Below are positions 61,505 through 64,000 of a stretch of DNA of 64,000 bases, piece after piece. The position numbers and the translations under genes were made by a program. The notes beneath the pieces were generated by a model that ran no database searches, was not told the DNA's origin, and worked only from the letters and a program-made list of their open reading frames with translations. This DNA is from Pseudonocardiaceae bacterium. GTDB taxonomy: Bacteria; Actinomycetota; Actinomycetes; Mycobacteriales; Pseudonocardiaceae. The stretch lies in assembly GCA_050699595.1 (NCBI GenBank), contig JBOHFI010000028.1:2427-66426 (forward strand), given 5' to 3'. The first letter of the stretch is position 1, and the number at the start of each line of letters is the position of its first letter.

Positions 61505-62455
61505 ATGAGAGAGCCTGCCATGCGTATGGTCCGCCCGAAATCACTGCGAGCTGGTGGCGTTATCGGCGTGGTGTCGGTATCCGCGCCTGAGCCCGCGACC
61601 GAAGGCGAGTTCTTCGATCGCGGCGTGGCTGCCCTCGAACAGTGTGGCTATGATGTGGTGCTCGGCAAGCACACCACCGGTCAACAGGGCTACGTCACGG
61701 CAAGCGGCGAAGCGCTCGCGGCCGACCTGCACGAGCTGTTCAGCAACCAGCGGGTGTCAGCCATCGTCTGCGCGGGCGGGGGTGTCAACGCCAACCGCCT
61801 GCTGCGCCACCTGAGCTTTGACATCATCGGCGCGCAGCCCAAGATACTGGTCGGTGTCAGCAACCCGACTGTACTGCTCAACGCCATTACTGAACAGACC
61901 GGTCTCATCACCTTCCATGGGCCGAGCGTGGTGTGGGACTTCGGCGTGGAAAACGGCGCACCCGCACCCGCGCTCACGCGTACGCACTTCTGGGAGCTAC
62001 TCGGAAGTCGCGAGCCTGCCTACGCCGTACCCGTACAGAAGGACTGGCGCTGGCTGCGGAAGGGTGATCTGTCCGGCCGGGTGATCGCTGGAAACCTCGC
62101 CTCACTGCAAGGCCTGCTCGGTACCCCATATGAGCCGAACTGGGACGATGCGGTGCTGTTCTGGGAAGACATCGCTAAACCGGTGAACCGACTTGACATG
62201 ACGCTGACACATTTCCGCGATGCGGGCGTGTTCGACCGCATCAACGGCATGGTGGTCGGCAAACTGGTGGCCTGCGAGCCAAGCGACGGCGTCACCTACG
62301 ACGCGATGCTGCTCGACTTGCTTCGTGGCAACGAGTTCCCGATCTTGACCGAAGTGCCGTTCGGGCACACGGCGGGCAAGCTGACGTTGCCGATCGGCGC
62401 GCAGCTGCACGCCTCACCGGACAGCGATGTGCTGCAATTCGAGTTTCCGGCTTAG
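61505..62455 (+). CDS. S66-family LD-carboxypeptidase / MccF-like serine peptidase
   Basis: GVIGVVSVSAP..., ILVGVSNPTVLLNAI (nucleophile elbow), PFGHTAGKLTLPIG. Confidence 0.8.
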   Translation: MREPAMRMVRPKSLRAGGVIGVVSVSAPEPATEGEFFDRGVAALEQCGYDVVLGKHTTGQQGYVTASGEALAADLHELFSNQRVSAIVCAGGGVNANRLLRHLSFDIIGAQPKILVGVSNPTVLLNAITEQTGLITFHGPSVVWDFGVENGAPAPALTRTHFWELLGSREPAYAVPVQKDWRWLRKGDLSGRVIAGNLASLQGLLGTPYEPNWDDAVLFWEDIAKPVNRLDMTLTHFRDAGVFDRINGMVVGKLVACEPSDGVTYDAMLLDLLRGNEFPILTEVPFGHTAGKLTLPIGAQLHASPDSDVLQFEFPA

Positions 62456-62476
62456 CTCAGGGAGGAATCGCCAGCT

Positions 62477-62872
62477 GTGATGCGCGCGATCATCGTCAAA
62501 GAGAGCTTGGAAGATGGCGAGCTACCATCGAGCTTGCGCGGCTCTCGGGTGCGTGAGTACCGGCACCCGCTTGATGAGGACACCGTGATCACCATCATCG
62601 AACTGGTCGTTGCCGAGCGGCACGCCCTCGATGCCGGTATGGCGTTGTCACGGAAGCTGGTATCCCGGCTGTACTATGCGCATATTCTCAACGACCAGTC
62701 GATGTACATCGTCTTCCCGAACTGTCTCGTGTATCTCGATCGGGACGACGCTGACGGTGAGCGGCAGGCGCACGCCATCGGACAGACCTTCGACATTCCG
62801 CTGTCACAGATGCGCTTCCAGGAGATGTTCGAAATTGATCACCCCGACGACCCGGCGATGGCCGGCCCGTGA
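62477..62872 (+). CDS. hypothetical protein
   Basis: 131 aa, lower GC, no recognised domain. Its stop overlaps the next start. Confidence 0.5.
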   Translation: MMRAIIVKESLEDGELPSSLRGSRVREYRHPLDEDTVITIIELVVAERHALDAGMALSRKLVSRLYYAHILNDQSMYIVFPNCLVYLDRDDADGERQAHAIGQTFDIPLSQMRFQEMFEIDHPDDPAMAGP

Positions 62873-63603
62873 CGAGCCACGCGGCTGGCTCTTCGCCACT
62901 CGCTGTCGTTGCCGGTGCGAGTGGCGCCATCGGCTCGGCTACGGTCCAGGCGCTGACGTCGGCGGGCTGGTCGGTGATCGGCACCTACCGGCATGCCCGG
63001 CCGGAACCGTGCGCGGGCGTGTTCTGGGTCCCTTTCGACGGCATACACGCAGGCGGTACAGCCGAGCTTCACACAGCGGTCGCGGCCAGCCCCGGGCCGC
63101 TGCAAGCCGTGGTCTGCTGCCTGGGCACGCCATCGAGCAAGCGGCCGATCGCAGACACCGACCCCGACGAGTTCGACGCGGTGTTCGCCGGCAATGTCAC
63201 CAGCGTTGTTCGGCTGTGGCAGGCGGTACACGAACGCGCCCGTAAGGCAGCGGCTGGTGTGGTAATACTGGGCTCGGACACTACGGCGACGCTGCGCGCG
63301 GACAACGGGGCTTACAGCGCGGCCAAGGCTGGTCTCGAAGCGCTGAGCACGACACTGGCGGCCGAGGAAGCCGAGCACGGCGTACGGGTCAACCTGGTGG
63401 CTCCTTCATTGGTGGCGTCGCCGCTGGCCGAAAATGTGCTCGCGCTCAAGGATGTGTCCGACGTCGATGCCTACTACCGGGCGCTGCCCTGGGGCCGAGC
63501 TCTGTCCCCGTCCGAGGTGGCCTCTGTTGCCGTGGAGATCGCGACCGCGTCACACTGGCGCTATGCCAGTGGTCAGGTGGTGCGTCTGGCGGTGCACGGT
63601 TGA
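62869..63603 (+). CDS. short-chain dehydrogenase/reductase (SDR)
   Basis: LAVVAGASGAIGSA and YSAAKAGLE (YxxxK). Confidence 0.8.
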   Translation: MTSHAAGSSPLAVVAGASGAIGSATVQALTSAGWSVIGTYRHARPEPCAGVFWVPFDGIHAGGTAELHTAVAASPGPLQAVVCCLGTPSSKRPIADTDPDEFDAVFAGNVTSVVRLWQAVHERARKAAAGVVILGSDTTATLRADNGAYSAAKAGLEALSTTLAAEEAEHGVRVNLVAPSLVASPLAENVLALKDVSDVDAYYRALPWGRALSPSEVASVAVEIATASHWRYASGQVVRLAVHG

Positions 63604-63605
63604 CG

Positions 63606-64000
63606 ATGGTGACTAAGCGGCACTCTCGCCAGGTCGGCATCGTGCACGTGCTGCGGGCGCGTGAGTGGGTGTCGGCGAACTCCCTTGCGCGGCGCTTCGA
63701 GGTCGTGGCCCGCACTATCTACCGGGACGTTGAGGAGCTGATCGCGGCGGGCGTGCCGATCGAGTCGGTCTCCGGTCCGGAAGGGGGCTACCGGCTGGCG
63801 TCTGATCAACCACTCACACCGCTCACTCTGAGCGCGGACGAGGCGCTGAAGCTCTACGTGGTGAGCCTGCTCGACCGACGAAAATCGAACGAGCCGGACA
63901 GCGACGTGCCCGAGCTGGGCAACACCTACTCACGCGAAGCCCTCAAGCGGCTCAGTCAGCGCATTTACTTCGACACGGCCGACTGGTACTGGAAGGACGA
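63606..64000 (+). CDS. YafY-type (HTH_11 + WYL) transcriptional regulator, N-terminal part; 3' end outside the window
   Basis: ATG 63606. MVTKRHSRQVGIVHVLRAREWVSANSLARRFEVVARTIYRDVEELIAAGVPIESVSGPEGGYRL. Absent from the ORF track because no stop is reached. Confidence 0.7.
   Translation, partial: MVTKRHSRQVGIVHVLRAREWVSANSLARRFEVVARTIYRDVEELIAAGVPIESVSGPEGGYRLASDQPLTPLTLSADEALKLYVVSLLDRRKSNEPDSDVPELGNTYSREALKRLSQRIYFDTADWYWKD

Noticed and set aside
1-64000. CRISPR array or other multi-copy short repeats
   Set aside because: I found only two-copy repeats (the amidase end, the tRNA half and the deacetylase end) and isolated hairpins. No regularly spaced repeat-spacer structure is present.

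Overview
High-GC (roughly 70%) actinomycete chromosomal segment that reads as a patchwork of accessory modules separated by a few housekeeping-type genes. From the translations I recognise about 60 genes, one intact tRNA-Ser(UGA), and several gene remnants. Four features stand out. (1) Three insertion scars: a diverged repeat of an amidase 3' end around a 4.1-kb insert carrying a membrane-anchored STAND NTPase; a tRNA-Ser with a 54-nt partial duplicate and two integrase remnants; and a near-perfect 62-nt repeat of a polysaccharide-deacetylase 3' end around a 7.9-kb lower-GC island. (2) A translationally coupled XRE-TIR-(P-loop-like)-membrane protein operon, convergent with an NYN nuclease gene, which looks like a defence or conflict system. 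(3) Two convergent operons at 25.0-32.8 kb. One interleaves TrpF/TrpC/TrpD/TrpA paralogues with a stand-alone adenylation enzyme and carrier protein. The other encodes an acyl-CoA dehydrogenase, an orphan EctC-type cupin and a class V aminotransferase. I do not recognise this biosynthetic architecture. (4) The 7.9-kb island carries a fused E1-like/YcaO enzyme preceded by an unannotated 48-codon ORF with a strong RBS and a following hairpin, consistent with a RiPP-like module. The last 16 kb holds three aminoacyl-tRNA-synthetase-family genes (type-2 tyrS, serS, and an EpmA-like class II core), three radical SAM genes and an MccF-like S66 peptidase. That combination is compatible with aminoacyl-nucleoside-type chemistry plus self-resistance. 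Five XRE-HTH/TPR-like regulator paralogues border the accessory modules. Several genes carry frameshifts or an in-frame stop, which could reflect real decay or assembly indels. All functional calls rest on motif recognition by eye; no database search was run.
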